Below, piece after piece: positions 9,805 to 20,169 of a DNA stretch of 64,000 nt (position 1 is the first letter of the stretch; each line of letters opens with the position of its first letter). The notes under the pieces are model-generated. The model saw only the letters and a list, made by a program, of their open reading frames with translations. It was not told the origin of the DNA and did no database searches. The translations under genes were made by a program, and so were the position numbers. This DNA comes from an uncultured Thermoplasmata archaeon. Lineage in GTDB: Archaea > Thermoplasmatota > Thermoplasmata > Lutacidiplasmatales > UBA184. The stretch covers positions 449,176 to 513,175 of the forward strand of contig CAVVLW010000006.1 of NCBI GenBank assembly GCA_963749205.1, read 5' to 3'.

Positions 9805-10821
9805 ATGGGGCGATGGGCGCTGCGCCGTCGTGACACCGCCACTCTCGAGGAACGTCGGCTGAACGGACTCGCGCTCCTGAGGTCGGGGCTGTCCCAGGCT
9901 GAAGTGGCCCGACACTTGGGAGTCACGCCGGTGGCGGTCTGCCGCTGGAAGAGCGCGGTGGATCACGGGGGCGCGCAGGCTCTTCGAGCAATCCCTCGGT
10001 CCGGTCGGCCTCCGCTCGTAGCGCGGGAGCACCAAGCGGTCCTGCCCGACATCCTGGCGAAGGGAGCGCTCGCCTACGGGTTCTCCACCGACCTCTGGAC
10101 GATCCCGCGCATTGTGAAGGTCGCGGAGACCCAATGGGGTGTGAGCTACTCGCAGACCGCCATCTGGCGCATGTTGAAGCGCCAGGGGCTCTCCTGGCAG
10201 CGGCCCCGACGCCAGGCGCGCGAGAAGAACCTCACCCAGGTGAGGAACTGGCGCCGGCGCTCCTGGCCTCGCTATAAAAAAAAGCCCGACGGCGAAGGGC
10301 CGTCGTAGTGTTTGTCGACGAGAGCGGCTTCTCGCTCATCCCGTACGTCGCGAAGACCTGGGCTCCCATCGGTCAGACCCCGGTGCTGGTCCATCAGGGT
10401 CGCTGGCCGAAGTTCTCAGCGATCAGCGGGGTGACTCCAAGGGGTCGCCTCTACTTCCGCGTCCGCGCTGGGACGATCCGCGGACCCCAGGTGGTGGCGT
10501 TCCTCCGTCACCTCCTGCGGCACATCCGCCGACGGCCGATCATGGTCTTCTGGGACAGCGGACCCCACCACCGATTCGAAGCTCGTTCAGGCGTTCCTGG
10601 CCACCCAGCCCCGCCTCGAGGTCCACCGGTTCCCGGGCTACTCGCCCGAGCTCAACCCGGACGAGTGGGTGTGGAGCCACCTGAAGAGGCACGAACTCGC
10701 GAGCTACACCCCTCACGATGTACGCGAGCTCCGACGAGGGGTCCGGCTCTCGGTCGTGCGGATGCGCGTGCGGCCCGCACTGATCCGCTCCTTCGTCGCC
10801 GCCAGCCACCTCTACGACTGA
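9805..10821 (+). mobile_element. IS630-family element remnant (transposase split over three frames)
   Basis: N-terminal HTH region (9805..10308). VFVDESGFSL after an A8 run at 10276..10283. Third frame from about 10565 reads DSKLVQAFLATQPRLEVHRFPGYSPELNPDEWVW with a stop at 10819..10821. Ends not defined. Confidence 0.75.
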
Positions 10822-10926
10822 GCGACTAACGATGACGACTCAGGAGGTTCTCGGTGGTTCTCTCTCGGAGAGTGTTAAGCTATTTTGTCCGGCATCAGTA
10901 GGTTCGGTGCGAGCTTCCGCTAAAGC

Positions 10927-11968
10927 GTGAGGAACGCTCGGCCGATTCTCTTTCTCGTCTTTCTCACTCCGTGCGTTGAATTCCTCACCGGATCGACGTC
11001 ACTCGGAGCCGTGTTTACCGTACCGGCTGTCGGGCTGACCTTCTTTCTCATCACGTGGCCGACCTACGCTCTCCCCGGTCCTCTTGATCCGGGAGGCCGT
11101 GGTCGCCTGGAACAAGTGTATCGCCTCGCTGCTCGCGCTAGGCATCTCGTACGGGGCCCTGAACGAGGGGCTTCTAGCGAAGACCTACTTCGGGGTGATC
11201 CCGACCTCGCCGGTCCTCGGCGGGGGAGCAGGCCGGTGGATTGGAGTGAATTGGCCCTGGGTAACGGAGATTACTCTGTTCCACATGATTGTCAGCATCT
11301 CTGTTCCCGTGGTTCTGAGCTTCTTGATCTTCCCAGAGACTCGCCACGCGCGCTTTCTCGGGGAACGCACGGTTCGCGGGTTCATCGCGGTGATTCTTCT
11401 TGAGGTGCTGGTTATCGCCACGGTTGAGTCGGTGTTCAGCGCGGTCTTCCGTGACTTGCTTCCGCTGCTCCTGCTTCCGACGGGGATACTGTTGCTCGGG
11501 ATCTATCTGGCGCGGCGGCTGCCACTCCCTGATCCAACTCGGATTCTCCACGGGCGGTTCTCGCGGCCGGGTTCGCTAATCCTCGCGTCCCTGGCGTTCT
11601 TTTTCGTAACCTTCATTCCGGTCCTGGCTTTCTTTCCGGTTCCGTTTGTCCCAGACTGGGTCCCGGGAATGCTGCTCTGGAAGCTGGGGCCGGGAGCGGC
11701 CGTCATCGCCACAATCTATCCGATCGTGCTCGCGTACCTCGCTATTCGGTTCTTCGGGCGATACACGCTTACCGAGATTCAGACGCTTGCCGTCGTCACC
11801 GGCGTAATGCTCATCCCGCTCACGACGGCTATCGCGGTCCATGACATCCCTTCGGGGGATTGGTTGGCAGCAGGAGCCTACATCGCCAGCATAGTGGTGG
11901 CAGCCCGACGGATCCGAGCGCGTGCGACCGTTGCCAAGCCGAGCGGGCCAGTCCCTTCTTTCGTCTGA
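10927..11968 (+). pseudogene. polytopic membrane protein, one frameshift
   Basis: ORF 10927.. (MRNARPILFLVFL...ITWPTYALP) joins ORF 11084..11968 (VLLIREAVVAWNK...) if one base is removed from CCCCGG at 11073..11078. Confidence 0.5.
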
Positions 11969-11994
11969 GCGGAAGCGACTGAGTCAGCACTCAG

Positions 11995-12020
11995 GAGTGT
12001 GCAATATCGGCTGCACCCTC
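11995..12020. repeat. REP-like palindrome
   Basis: GAGTGTGCAATATCGGCTGCACCCTC. Confidence 0.65.
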
Positions 12021-12088
12021 TTTGAGTAAACTGTTCGTCACGATCGACTGGATCACATCCGGCCGAGAGTAAGGGCGCGGGGTTTCCG

Positions 12089-12376
12089 CTACCGAGAAGC
12101 GGTCCAAACCACCGCGCCGAGTCCGGTTGCCTCGCAGAGCCCGATCGCGAACAGGAACGGCGCGAAAGAGTCCGGTATGATCGGCATGGAGTTTAGGTAG
12201 GAATAGACGGTGAGGGCGCTCTGCACCACGAACGCCGCTGCAAAGACTAGCAGAGCGAGGCCGAAGCCGCTCTGGGTTTGCGCATACAAACGTCGGTAGA
12301 GCGCGAACAGGATGACCGCGAGCGTGATGCTGATAAGGCCGAGAACGACGCTCCCCTCCATCAGAAGGTCGCTCAT
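12089..12376 (-). CDS. small membrane protein coupled to the ArsR-like gene
   Basis: ATG 12376 overlaps the upstream stop (ATGA); 95 aa with three hydrophobic helices. Confidence 0.55.
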   Translation of the reverse strand: MSDLLMEGSVVLGLISITLAVILFALYRRLYAQTQSGFGLALLVFAAAFVVQSALTVYSYLNSMPIIPDSFAPFLFAIGLCEATGLGAVVWTASR

Positions 12377-12726
12377 CGGACGCCTACCAGCGCCCCGCGA
12401 GGGTGAGCTTTCCCCGGAATAGGGCCCGGCCTCCGCCAGTGGACTGTCAGAAGCTCCATCAAATCCTGGAAGTGCTCCGCGAGGTACGGGGAGAGTTCGT
12501 ACGGCGCGGCGTACGCATCGCCGACAGGACGGGCGATCGCCCCGTGCCGTTCGAGCAGCAGAAGGTGATGGCGCACCGTTCGGTAGTCGAGTCCGAGGGA
12601 CGACGCGAGCTGGTGTGCGTTGGCTGGAGATCGGTCGAGCCGCACGAGGATTCGGAGGCGATTCGGTCCGCCTCGAGTACCGCAGAGCAGGTACCACATC
12701 AGCGAGCGAAAGCCCGGGCTCAGCAT
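12373..12726 (-). CDS. ArsR-family winged-helix regulator
   Basis: NRLRILVRLDRSPANAHQLASSLGLDYRTVRHHLLLLERHGAI is a canonical ArsR HTH. Confidence 0.7.
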   Translation of the reverse strand: MLSPGFRSLMWYLLCGTRGGPNRLRILVRLDRSPANAHQLASSLGLDYRTVRHHLLLLERHGAIARPVGDAYAAPYELSPYLAEHFQDLMELLTVHWRRPGPIPGKAHPRGALVGVR

Positions 12727-12798
12727 GCCTTGCGGACGAGGGAGCCCCCCCTTATCAAGCACACCTCCGCGACGTACCCCCCCGATCTCGCAACGTTG

Positions 12799-13952
12799 CT
12801 AGTAGGCGGCCAGACCTTCGGCGGTCGCGGGTAGGTCAAATGCGGCGAACTCGAGCGAGAGGCTCGCGCCCGATCCGACAGCGAACGACTCGATTTCACC
12901 AGCACCCGCGTCGTAAACGAACAGAAACTGACCGTGCGATCCACCCACGGCGAGGTCGGTATCGGCAGCCCCGGTCGTCGCGGCCACCGGCACCAGCAGG
13001 GTCAACGCCCCGTTCGAACCCACTCCGTAGGTCGAGATCGTGTTACTGTGTGCGTTCGAGGTGTAGGCGATTTGGCCCCCGTCGACCGTCGCCACCCAGC
13101 ACGCCGCAAGCTGTCCATCTGCGACCGCGCCGCTCACCACGCTGAGGGCGCCGGACGGAGCGACAGCGTACCGAAGAGAGTGCGCCCGGACCCGCATCGC
13201 TCACTATCAGACTACCAGCAGCCCCGAAGGCGAACCCGTACGGGGTCGCGCCGCTTGACGGGGTGACGATCGGACCTGAAGCGTACCCCTGGTAACCCAC
13301 CGTATAGGTGTCCAGAACGTTCGTGTTCTTTTCGGAGACGACCAGGACCGACCCTGAGGGGTTAAAGGCGATTTCCGCGGGTGCAGTCGAGGCGCTGGTG
13401 CTCAGGGTCCGGCTCGAACCCGGCAGTGGGAAGAGAAGCCCGTGATCCGCCAAGAAGAACCCAAAGATGTTGCCGGGGACGGTCGAGGTGCCGGCGTTGA
13501 GGACGTAGACGAACGAACCGTGCACCGCGACGCTTACGGGAAGGGTCCCGTGAGAGCCGACCCGGTCAATGAACGTCAGAAGGGGCTTGGCCCCACCGGG
13601 CGAATTCACGTGAAAGACGGAAACCGCGTTGCTGCCCGCATCCACTACCAATAGCCAGCGATGGTCTGATGTCAAGGCGAGGGATCCCGAGTCGGCAAGA
13701 CTACGCACCGGTTCCCAATCCGTGGGTGCTGAACTGGCCCGCGGGGATGAGCGATCCGCCGGGACCGACCACATAGGCCAGCACTGCGTTGCCGCTCGGA
13801 CTGTTCGTCGCTGTAAACACGGCCCCTTGCGCCCAGTGAGTCGACCCCGTGCCGGAACCTATTGTCGCCGGCTGCGCGGACGCGCTGCTCGACAGCACGA
13901 ACAGCAGCACGGCAGCGATCGGCAGGGCCAAGAGCAATCTCCTTCGCGTCAT
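12799..13952 (-). pseudogene. secreted lactonase-like beta-propeller, two frameshifts
   Basis: Signal peptide MTRRRLLLALPIAAVLLF. Three ORFs (13701..14075, 13043..13774, 12799..13197) read consecutively as propeller blades (LLVVDAGSNAVSVF, FVYVLNAGTSTV, LFVYDAGAGEIESF). Shifts near 13700..13712 and 13168..13173. Confidence 0.6.
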
Positions 13953-14104
13953 CAGCGCCGCAGACGGGGCTTGTGCGCTTAATGGAAGAGCACTTTCATT
14001 CCATAACCCGGCCAAAACGCCGCCCCAATTCGACACCAATCGAACCTCTGAGAACGGGCGCTCACCCGTCCGCATCGCCGGCGGAGGTGGGTGCGAGCAG
14101 CTTT

Positions 14105-15562
14105 CATGTGTTATCGCTTAAGCCCAGTATTCCGCTCGGAACCGGGTCCGTCCAGCGTTCGGGTCGATCGCGCGAGCCATCAGAGCTCGAGCGATCTCCA
14201 GGAGAGGTTCGGGCGCGATTCGTTTCCGATGTAACCGGTCCATCAACGTGTCGAGGATCCGCCCCGACTGCTCTCGGAATGCCCTCGCCCAGCGGATCGG
14301 GGTGTAGCGCGCCCGATACTCCTCTTTGATCCGTTCCCGCACCGCCGTGTGCAGCCGACGGCTCACCACCATCGTCAGGATCGACGCCCAGATGAGCGAC
14401 TCTGCCACGTACCGATTCGACGTGTTCACCCGGTCGAGCGCATACTCGCTCTTCAACTCCTTGAACACCAGCTCGACCTCCCATCGGCATCCATAGAGTG
14501 AGGCGACCTCCTCGGCACTCAACACGTCGACGGGGAGGTTCGTCAGGTAGACGTGGTACTTCCGCGTCTCCTCGTTCCACACGGCTACCAGTCGAGCGGT
14601 GAGGGTATCGCGCGACTGGTGACCGCCATACTTCCGCCGATCGAAGTCGATCGCCACTTCGGTGTCGAGAATCTCTCGGCGGAGGTGGGGTTCCACCTCT
14701 CTCCATCGCTTTCCGTCGAGGTCGATGGCCGGACCTCGATGGACGAGGTGGGATCGGACCAATCGAGGGTTCACCTGGGGGCCAAGCGCGTGACGAAGAA
14801 GCCCCCATTCTCGGCGATGCGAGCGAACGCCTGGTGCTTGTAGAACCCGAGGTCGGTGAGGAGAATGGAATTCCTCACCCACGGACCCACCTTCAGCGTG
14901 TCCCGATCGTTGGTGCTCTCGGCGTAGAGCTCCACCCGTTTCGGTCCGTTCGCTCGCACACTCACGAGCGTGGCGACCTTCACCCCAGCGGCGGGGTGGT
15001 TCGCTCGCGCTGGGGGGTAGAGGGTGGCGAGAGAGGCATACAGTCGAACGATCGTGGAGTCTTGGATGAGGAGATCCTCGAAGCGGGCGAGCTTCGGGCT
15101 GAGGCGGTGGCCGGGAGCACTCTTCAGTTGGGAGAGGCCGTAGGCGACACACTGGTGGAGGAACTCGACCAGTTCGGGAGTGAAGCGGTCGTAGAAGCTC
15201 GCGTAGCTGTAGAGGGGCTTGGGGGCCTTGTGGTTGTAGACGAAACGGAGCTGCTCGAGGGAGCGCTGGAGGTAGACACCGGCCTCGAGGGTGACGGCCC
15301 AGAAGAAGGCGACGGGGTCGACCTTGCGGTGGCGACGGACGAAGCCGGTCTCCTCGGCGATCCGCTGGAGGACGTCGGAGGGGAACAGTTCGAGGAGGGT
15401 GTCTTGGAGGAGGGTGGCCGGCGGTCCGCGAGCGGTGCGGGGTGCGCGATCGGAGGTGCGACGCATCCGGGAGCGTCGGTGGGCCGGCTATGAACTTGAT
15501 GTCTTCGAATGGAAGGGGGTAGGGGGATGGAGGGGTCTGGGGGGCTTATCCGATAACGAATG
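14105..15562 (-). mobile_element. IS4-family IS, copy 1 (frameshifted)
   Basis: Same ends as copy 2 (CATGTGTTATCG ... CGATAACGAATG). The difference I located is G5 at 14777..14781 versus G6 at 26516..26521. Confidence 0.85.
14118..15466 (-). pseudogene. IS4-family DDE transposase, frameshifted
   Basis: ORFs 14771..15466 and 14118..15152 together equal the intact 449-aa ORF 25857..27206. Confidence 0.85.
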
Positions 15563-15692
15563 AATGGTTGTTGCACCCAGTCGGAAGGATTGGGGAGTTC
15601 AACCCCAGAGGAGTCCGAATCTCCCGCCGCCACTCTGACCCTCAGCTTGGCACATTGGTTGTGCGGGCGGGCCCCTCGCAGTCCGATTCGCA

Positions 15693-15968
15693 CTACTTCG
15701 GCAGCCGCTGGTAGACATATCCTCGAGCCCCGAATCTGATGAACCGGACCTCGTGCCCGTCCCAACGGAAGATCCCTCGATAACCCCCAATTCTCAGCGT
15801 CCATAGGTTCGGAGCGCCTTCGAGCTGGTGAACTGTATAGGAGCCGGGCAGACGAAGTCGCGCCGCAGCCCCGAAATCAATCAGAATCTCGTCGAAGCGG
15901 TTTCGGATCTCAGAAGGGAGCCGCCGGAACGAAGCAGTCGCTTCGGGCGAGAATGTGACTAGTGCCAT
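15693..15968 (-). CDS. RelE/ParE-family toxin
   Basis: 91 aa; LWTLRIGGYRGIFRWDGHEVRFIRFGARGYVY fits the RelE/ParE core. Confidence 0.7.
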   Translation of the reverse strand: MALVTFSPEATASFRRLPSEIRNRFDEILIDFGAAARLRLPGSYTVHQLEGAPNLWTLRIGGYRGIFRWDGHEVRFIRFGARGYVYQRLPK

Positions 15969-16205
15969 CTAGGCTCGGTCGAGCCCCAATCGCCGTCGTA
16001 TCTCGGAATAGGGCGCGGCCGGTCGCTCGAGCTCCTTCTCGGCCCACTCAAGAAACGACTGCGGAGGAACAGAGTCCATCAAGTCGTCCAGCACTTCGGC
16101 GTAGGTCCGCCCTCCCGTTTTGTAGAGGCGGAGCCGCCGGACCACCGAGCTTGGCACCGTGATCGTCGTGGGGGGATCCGTGAGCATGTCGTACAATTGT
16201 TTCAA
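15969..16205 (-). CDS. antitoxin of RelE/ParE module
   Basis: 78 aa directly upstream of the toxin; PPTTITVPSSVVRRLRLYKTGGRTYAEVLDDLMDSVPP is shared with 16594..16821. Confidence 0.6.
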   Translation of the reverse strand: MKQLYDMLTDPPTTITVPSSVVRRLRLYKTGGRTYAEVLDDLMDSVPPQSFLEWAEKELERPAAPYSEIRRRLGLDRA

Positions 16206-16247
16206 TTGTAGTTAAGGATTGTCCAGCCGCTGACCTTCCTCAGCTGT

Positions 16248-16268
16248 GGTTGCAAAGGTAGTTGCAGC
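16248..16268. repeat. REP-like palindrome
   Basis: GGTTGCAAAGGTAGTTGCAGC. Confidence 0.6.
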
Positions 16269-16597
16269 TATCGTCGCCGTGCGAGGGTGGCGGCAGAAAC
16301 TTCCTGCCGTCGGGGCGGCAGCAACCTGTGCAAATCCTGATAGACGGAGTCGCGATGGGCGAAGATGACCATCACCACCTCGTTCCCGTCAATCGCATAG
16401 ACTCCTCGATAGGGTGTGATGCGCAGCGTCCAGACGTTCTTGTATCCGTAAAGTTGGTGGATGTCGAGATCCGGCTGCCCGCGACGCGGGTCTCGCTCAA
16501 GCAAGTCGAACGCGCCATCGAACCTCTCCTGTGCCCAGCGAGGAAGATTCGGGAAACTCGCGTCCGCCGTCGGGGCGAAGGTGAGCTTGAACTTCAT
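16268..16597 (-). CDS. RelE/ParE-family toxin
   Basis: VWTLRITPYRGVYAIDGNEVVMVIFAHRDSVY; 4-nt overlap with the upstream antitoxin. Confidence 0.7.
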   Translation of the reverse strand: MKFKLTFAPTADASFPNLPRWAQERFDGAFDLLERDPRRGQPDLDIHQLYGYKNVWTLRITPYRGVYAIDGNEVVMVIFAHRDSVYQDLHRLLPPRRQEVSAATLARRR

Positions 16598-16821
16598 CGG
16601 CCGACTAGCCGATGACGCTCACGGAAATCCTCGAGTCCGATCCGAGGACGAAGTCCGAGGGCTCGGTGGAGATCTCGACGGAAGTAGTCCGGTGGCACCT
16701 CATCCATCAGGTCAGCGATGGCCTCGGCGACGCTCTTCCCACCGACCTGATAGTCGCGGAGGCGCTTGCGGACTGAAGCCGGAAGAGTCACGGTGGTGGG
16801 CGGATCGGCGCGCGCTTGCAT
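16594..16821 (-). CDS. antitoxin of RelE/ParE module
   Basis: PPTTVTLPASVRKRLRDYQVGGKSVAEAIADLMDEVPP, paralog of 15969..16205. Confidence 0.6.
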   Translation of the reverse strand: MQARADPPTTVTLPASVRKRLRDYQVGGKSVAEAIADLMDEVPPDYFRRDLHRALGLRPRIGLEDFRERHRLVGR

Positions 16822-16955
16822 ATCTTCCCAATTGGTCCAATAGGACTAATAGTGTTCGGTCCCGGCGAACGCTGACCTTAGGCGCCTATGGTCAGCGTTC
16901 CGGCTCGCGAGACCGCTTCATTGGAGTCTAGACCAGGCTCCCTTTGAGGGGCGAA

Positions 16956-16981
16956 GTGGCTGTAATGACCGTTGCAACCAC
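16956..16981. repeat. REP-like palindrome (variant)
   Basis: GTGGCTGTAATGACCGTTGCAACCAC. Confidence 0.6.
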
Positions 16982-17156
16982 GGCTTCGGTCAGGAGTGTC
17001 ACCTCTCGGGGTTTTTGCTCGAAGGGCGAAAAAGATCCGAGGGACTTAGGCTCTAGCATCAAATCGTCCGGCAACCGACGACCGCAATGAGCCCCCCTTT
17101 AGTCGGACCACTGCGCCCACGACTGGCGTTGCGGTTCCAAGTTAGCCGCCCGCACG

Positions 17157-17163
17157 CTTATCT
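17157..17163 (+). promoter_or_regulatory. TATA-like box of cyclase paralog 2
   Basis: CTTATCT centred 26 nt upstream of GTG 17185. Confidence 0.45.
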
Positions 17164-17184
17164 GATGCAAGCCCTCCGACGTTC

Positions 17185-19137
17185 GTGGCGACTGGGCGCC
17201 GCCTCGCGGCCGTGATGTTCACCGACACGGTGGGGTATACGGCGTCTACCCAGACGAACGAGGGGCGTACGCTGGATCTACTCCGCCAGCAGGCGGAGAT
17301 GGTACGTCCTATCGTATCCCTTCACCAGGGGCGAGAAATCAAGTCCACCGGGGATGGCTTCCTTGTCGAGTTCGACAGCGCGCTCAAGGCGGTGCAGTGT
17401 GCCGTCAACATCCAACGCCGGCTGTTCGAGCGAAATGGGGAAGGGGGACTTACCCCGATTCGGATCAGAATCGGGGTCCACCTCGGCGACGTGGTGCAAA
17501 GCGGGTCCGATATTCTCGGTGATGCCGTGAACATCGCCGCTCGGATAGAACCGTTGGCCGAACCCGGCGGTGTCTGCGTCTCGGGAGCGGTTTTCGAACA
17601 GGTTCGGACCAAGGTCCGGGACAAGTTCGCCAAACTTCCCCCCACGGGGATGAAGGGGCTCCAAATCCCGATTGACGTCTATCGCATGGTGCTCCCCTGG
17701 AGCGACAACGGGAACGACGGCGTGGGGGACGACTCGACCCCGCCGGACCCGAGTCGTCTAGCGGTGCTCCCGTTTACCAACATCAGCCCCGACCCCAGCG
17801 ACGAGTACATCGCCGATGGACTCACGGAGGAGCTGATCGCGAGCTTCTCGCTGGTTCCTGGGCTCAAGGTGATCGCCCGCACGTCCGTGATCGGTTACAG
17901 GAAGACCGAGAAGTCCGTAGCAACGATCGGGAAGGAACTCGGGGTCGGCACGATCGTCGAGGGGAGCGTCCGACGGGCGGCCAACCGGATTCGCGTGACC
18001 GTGCAGGTCATCGATGTTGCCACCGAGGAGCATCTGTGGACCTCGAAGTACGATGACGATCTCAATGACATCTTCGCGGTCCAGAGCGACATCGCCACCA
18101 AGGTCGCGACCTCCCTCCCCGGAAGCCTGGTGAAGGCCCGGGCCACGGTTCCCCAACTCGAGAAGCCTACGGAGACGGAAGCCTACCTTTCGTATCTGCA
18201 AGGGCAGGCTCTGATGTGGCACCAGGATGAGGCCTCGCTTCGGCAGTCGGTGGGCTTGTTCGAGAAGTCGATCCGGACGGACCCCGCCTTTGCAAGAGCC
18301 TACGCGGGACTCGCGCGTGCTTACATCGGCCTCGGTTCGGAAGGGTTCATGCCGTGGATGGAAGCCATCAAGCACGGCCGGACGGCGGCGGAGAAAGCCA
18401 GCGCCATCGATCCGGAAATGGCCGAGGCCCACGCCGCGCGAGCCGACTTGGCATTCATGGCCGACGAGACATCGGACGTCCTCAACCGGGAAGTGCGACG
18501 GGCTCTCGAGCTGAACCCCAATCTGGCCCAGGGCCACTCGATACTCTCCGCGATGGCCGCAACGTTCGGCGTGGTGGAATCGTACATCCTTCAGGCCGAG
18601 GAGGCGTACCACTTGGATCCGCTCTCACCGGAGACAATCCGACGCCTCGGAGACGCATACTTCCACTCAGGGCGATTGGACGAAGCGCAGGCGCACTGGA
18701 AGCAGACCGTGGAGGTGGCTCCGATCCATTCGTATCGTGGTTTGGCGGACTACTCCATTCTCAAGGGGGATCTCGAGCAAGCGGAGAGCTGGGTGCGCGA
18801 ATTGGAGCGCATCGCTCCCTCGAGCGACTACGCCTACCTATGTCGCGGTTATCTATCTGGCGTCAAGGGAGATCGGCCCGCAGCGATGAAGGTCATCGCG
18901 AAGCTCAACGAGGCCGGTTTGGAAGGAAGCTCGCGCCGCCAAACGTCCGTCGGGTTCATCTACTACGCTCTCGGGGACTTGGACCGGTTCTTCGACTGCA
19001 TGAACCTCGCCGCCAAGGAGCATACCATTCAACTTGGCCGAATTCGACTCTCCCCATTGTTTGCCGGAGCGAGAAGGGACCCCAGATTCCTAGAACTCCT
19101 GTCCAGGTACTATCTCCCGGACCCAACAACTAAGTGA
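17185..19137 (+). CDS. class III adenylate/guanylate cyclase - TolB-like - TPR protein, paralog 2
   Basis: 650-aa intact ORF. Cyclase motifs MFTDTVGYT, STGDGFLVEF, GDAVNIAARIE. Then LAVLPFTNISPDPSDEYIADGLTEELI (TolB-N-like). Then TPR-like helices to the end. Confidence 0.9.
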   Translation: MATGRRLAAVMFTDTVGYTASTQTNEGRTLDLLRQQAEMVRPIVSLHQGREIKSTGDGFLVEFDSALKAVQCAVNIQRRLFERNGEGGLTPIRIRIGVHLGDVVQSGSDILGDAVNIAARIEPLAEPGGVCVSGAVFEQVRTKVRDKFAKLPPTGMKGLQIPIDVYRMVLPWSDNGNDGVGDDSTPPDPSRLAVLPFTNISPDPSDEYIADGLTEELIASFSLVPGLKVIARTSVIGYRKTEKSVATIGKELGVGTIVEGSVRRAANRIRVTVQVIDVATEEHLWTSKYDDDLNDIFAVQSDIATKVATSLPGSLVKARATVPQLEKPTETEAYLSYLQGQALMWHQDEASLRQSVGLFEKSIRTDPAFARAYAGLARAYIGLGSEGFMPWMEAIKHGRTAAEKASAIDPEMAEAHAARADLAFMADETSDVLNREVRRALELNPNLAQGHSILSAMAATFGVVESYILQAEEAYHLDPLSPETIRRLGDAYFHSGRLDEAQAHWKQTVEVAPIHSYRGLADYSILKGDLEQAESWVRELERIAPSSDYAYLCRGYLSGVKGDRPAAMKVIAKLNEAGLEGSSRRQTSVGFIYYALGDLDRFFDCMNLAAKEHTIQLGRIRLSPLFAGARRDPRFLELLSRYYLPDPTTK

Positions 19138-19256
19138 GCGGGCAGCTCTCCCCCTCACGAGAGTAGCAAGGGGAACCGGGAGGGTCGCCACCCATCGGTA
19201 ACCATCCTCTGTCAGAGGAATACCGCCGGTTGCTCCTCCCAGTGCGGGTGCCTCTA

Positions 19257-19276
19257 GTTGCAATGACTGTTGCGAC
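19257..19276. repeat. REP-like palindrome
   Basis: GTTGCAATGACTGTTGCGAC. Confidence 0.6.
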
Positions 19277-19327
19277 AACGGTGATCGAGATTCGGTCCAG
19301 ACAGTAATATTATTTACTTTAGATGCG

Positions 19328-19783
19328 ATGGTGTTTGGGATGTCGAATCGGATTGACCCGTCTGGGCTCTCGGGCTGCTTCCGGTGCGGATTTGTCTGGA
19401 AGCCTCGGACATTGGAGCCGAGGCTTTGCCCTCGGTGCAAGTCCCGATCTTGGGACGCCCCGGTGATTCGCCCGGTCCGCCGCGGGAATGGATTGGGGAT
19501 ATCGGAGATCGTCGTCCCTGTAAGAGCACGACTCGATGAGGCACTGAAGGCGAACCGTGCCCGGAACCCTCGAGTCTTTGGATCTGTCGCGCGCGGCGAA
19601 GCCCAGAAGTCGAGCGATCTTGACCTGTTAGTGGATTTCGATTCGACTGCCTCAGCCTTCGATCAGATGAACTTAATCGCGGAATTAGAGGCGCTTTTCG
19701 GTAGGAAAGTGGACGTCACTGAGCCGGATGGCCTACACTGGCTCGTGCGGCCCCAAGTGCTATTCGAGGCGGTGCCGATTTGA
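19328..19783 (+). CDS. MNT-type nucleotidyltransferase with N-terminal zinc ribbon
   Basis: GSVARGEAQKSSDLDLLVDF is the minimal NTase motif. N-terminus carries CFRCG...CPRC. ATG 19340 lies 29 nt after AATATTATTTAC and may be the real start. Confidence 0.8.
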   Translation: MVFGMSNRIDPSGLSGCFRCGFVWKPRTLEPRLCPRCKSRSWDAPVIRPVRRGNGLGISEIVVPVRARLDEALKANRARNPRVFGSVARGEAQKSSDLDLLVDFDSTASAFDQMNLIAELEALFGRKVDVTEPDGLHWLVRPQVLFEAVPI

Positions 19784-19855
19784 GCCGCCAACCTCGTCAA
19801 GACGCTCGTTCGACTCGCCGATATCGCCGTCGCAACCCGGCGCATCGCCGAATAT

Positions 19856-20119
19856 GTGCGTGGTGGAATGGCGTCGTTTCTTGAGTCGACCATGGCCCAA
19901 GACGCTGTCATTCGCCAGCTCGAGGTCATGGGAGAGGCTGCGGGCAGTATCTCGGAGCGGCTACGGGTCTCGCACCCCGAAGTTCCGTGGCACGCAATGC
20001 GAGGGTTCGCCTCGTTCGCGAAGCATGAGTACTGGCGGGTCAACCTTCGGTTAGTCTGGAAGGCAGCTCAGGAGTGCTCCTCGATCAGGGTCGCGGTAGA
20101 AAAGATCCGAGTCGATTGA
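19856..20119 (+). CDS. HEPN (DUF86) protein, partner of MNT
   Basis: R-x-H motif in AMRGFASFAKHEYW. Family-like sequence (LVRLADIAVATRRIAEYV) continues upstream to the MNT stop at 19783 with no canonical start before GTG 19856. Confidence 0.7.
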   Translation: MRGGMASFLESTMAQDAVIRQLEVMGEAAGSISERLRVSHPEVPWHAMRGFASFAKHEYWRVNLRLVWKAAQECSSIRVAVEKIRVD

Positions 20120-20169
20120 TGGGTGCTATGGTTGTTGTAGCTCGTCCGAAGGTTCCGCGACAGACTCGT

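Noticed and set aside
17758-18612. Long antisense or alternative-frame ORFs
   Set aside because: These are typical shadow ORFs of GC-rich DNA. They have Arg/Gly/Pro-rich junk composition and fully overlap genes with clear family motifs. Further examples are 4119..4613, 14834..15493, 21764..22621, 39942..40799, 44835..45776, 53188..54093 and 56820..57662.
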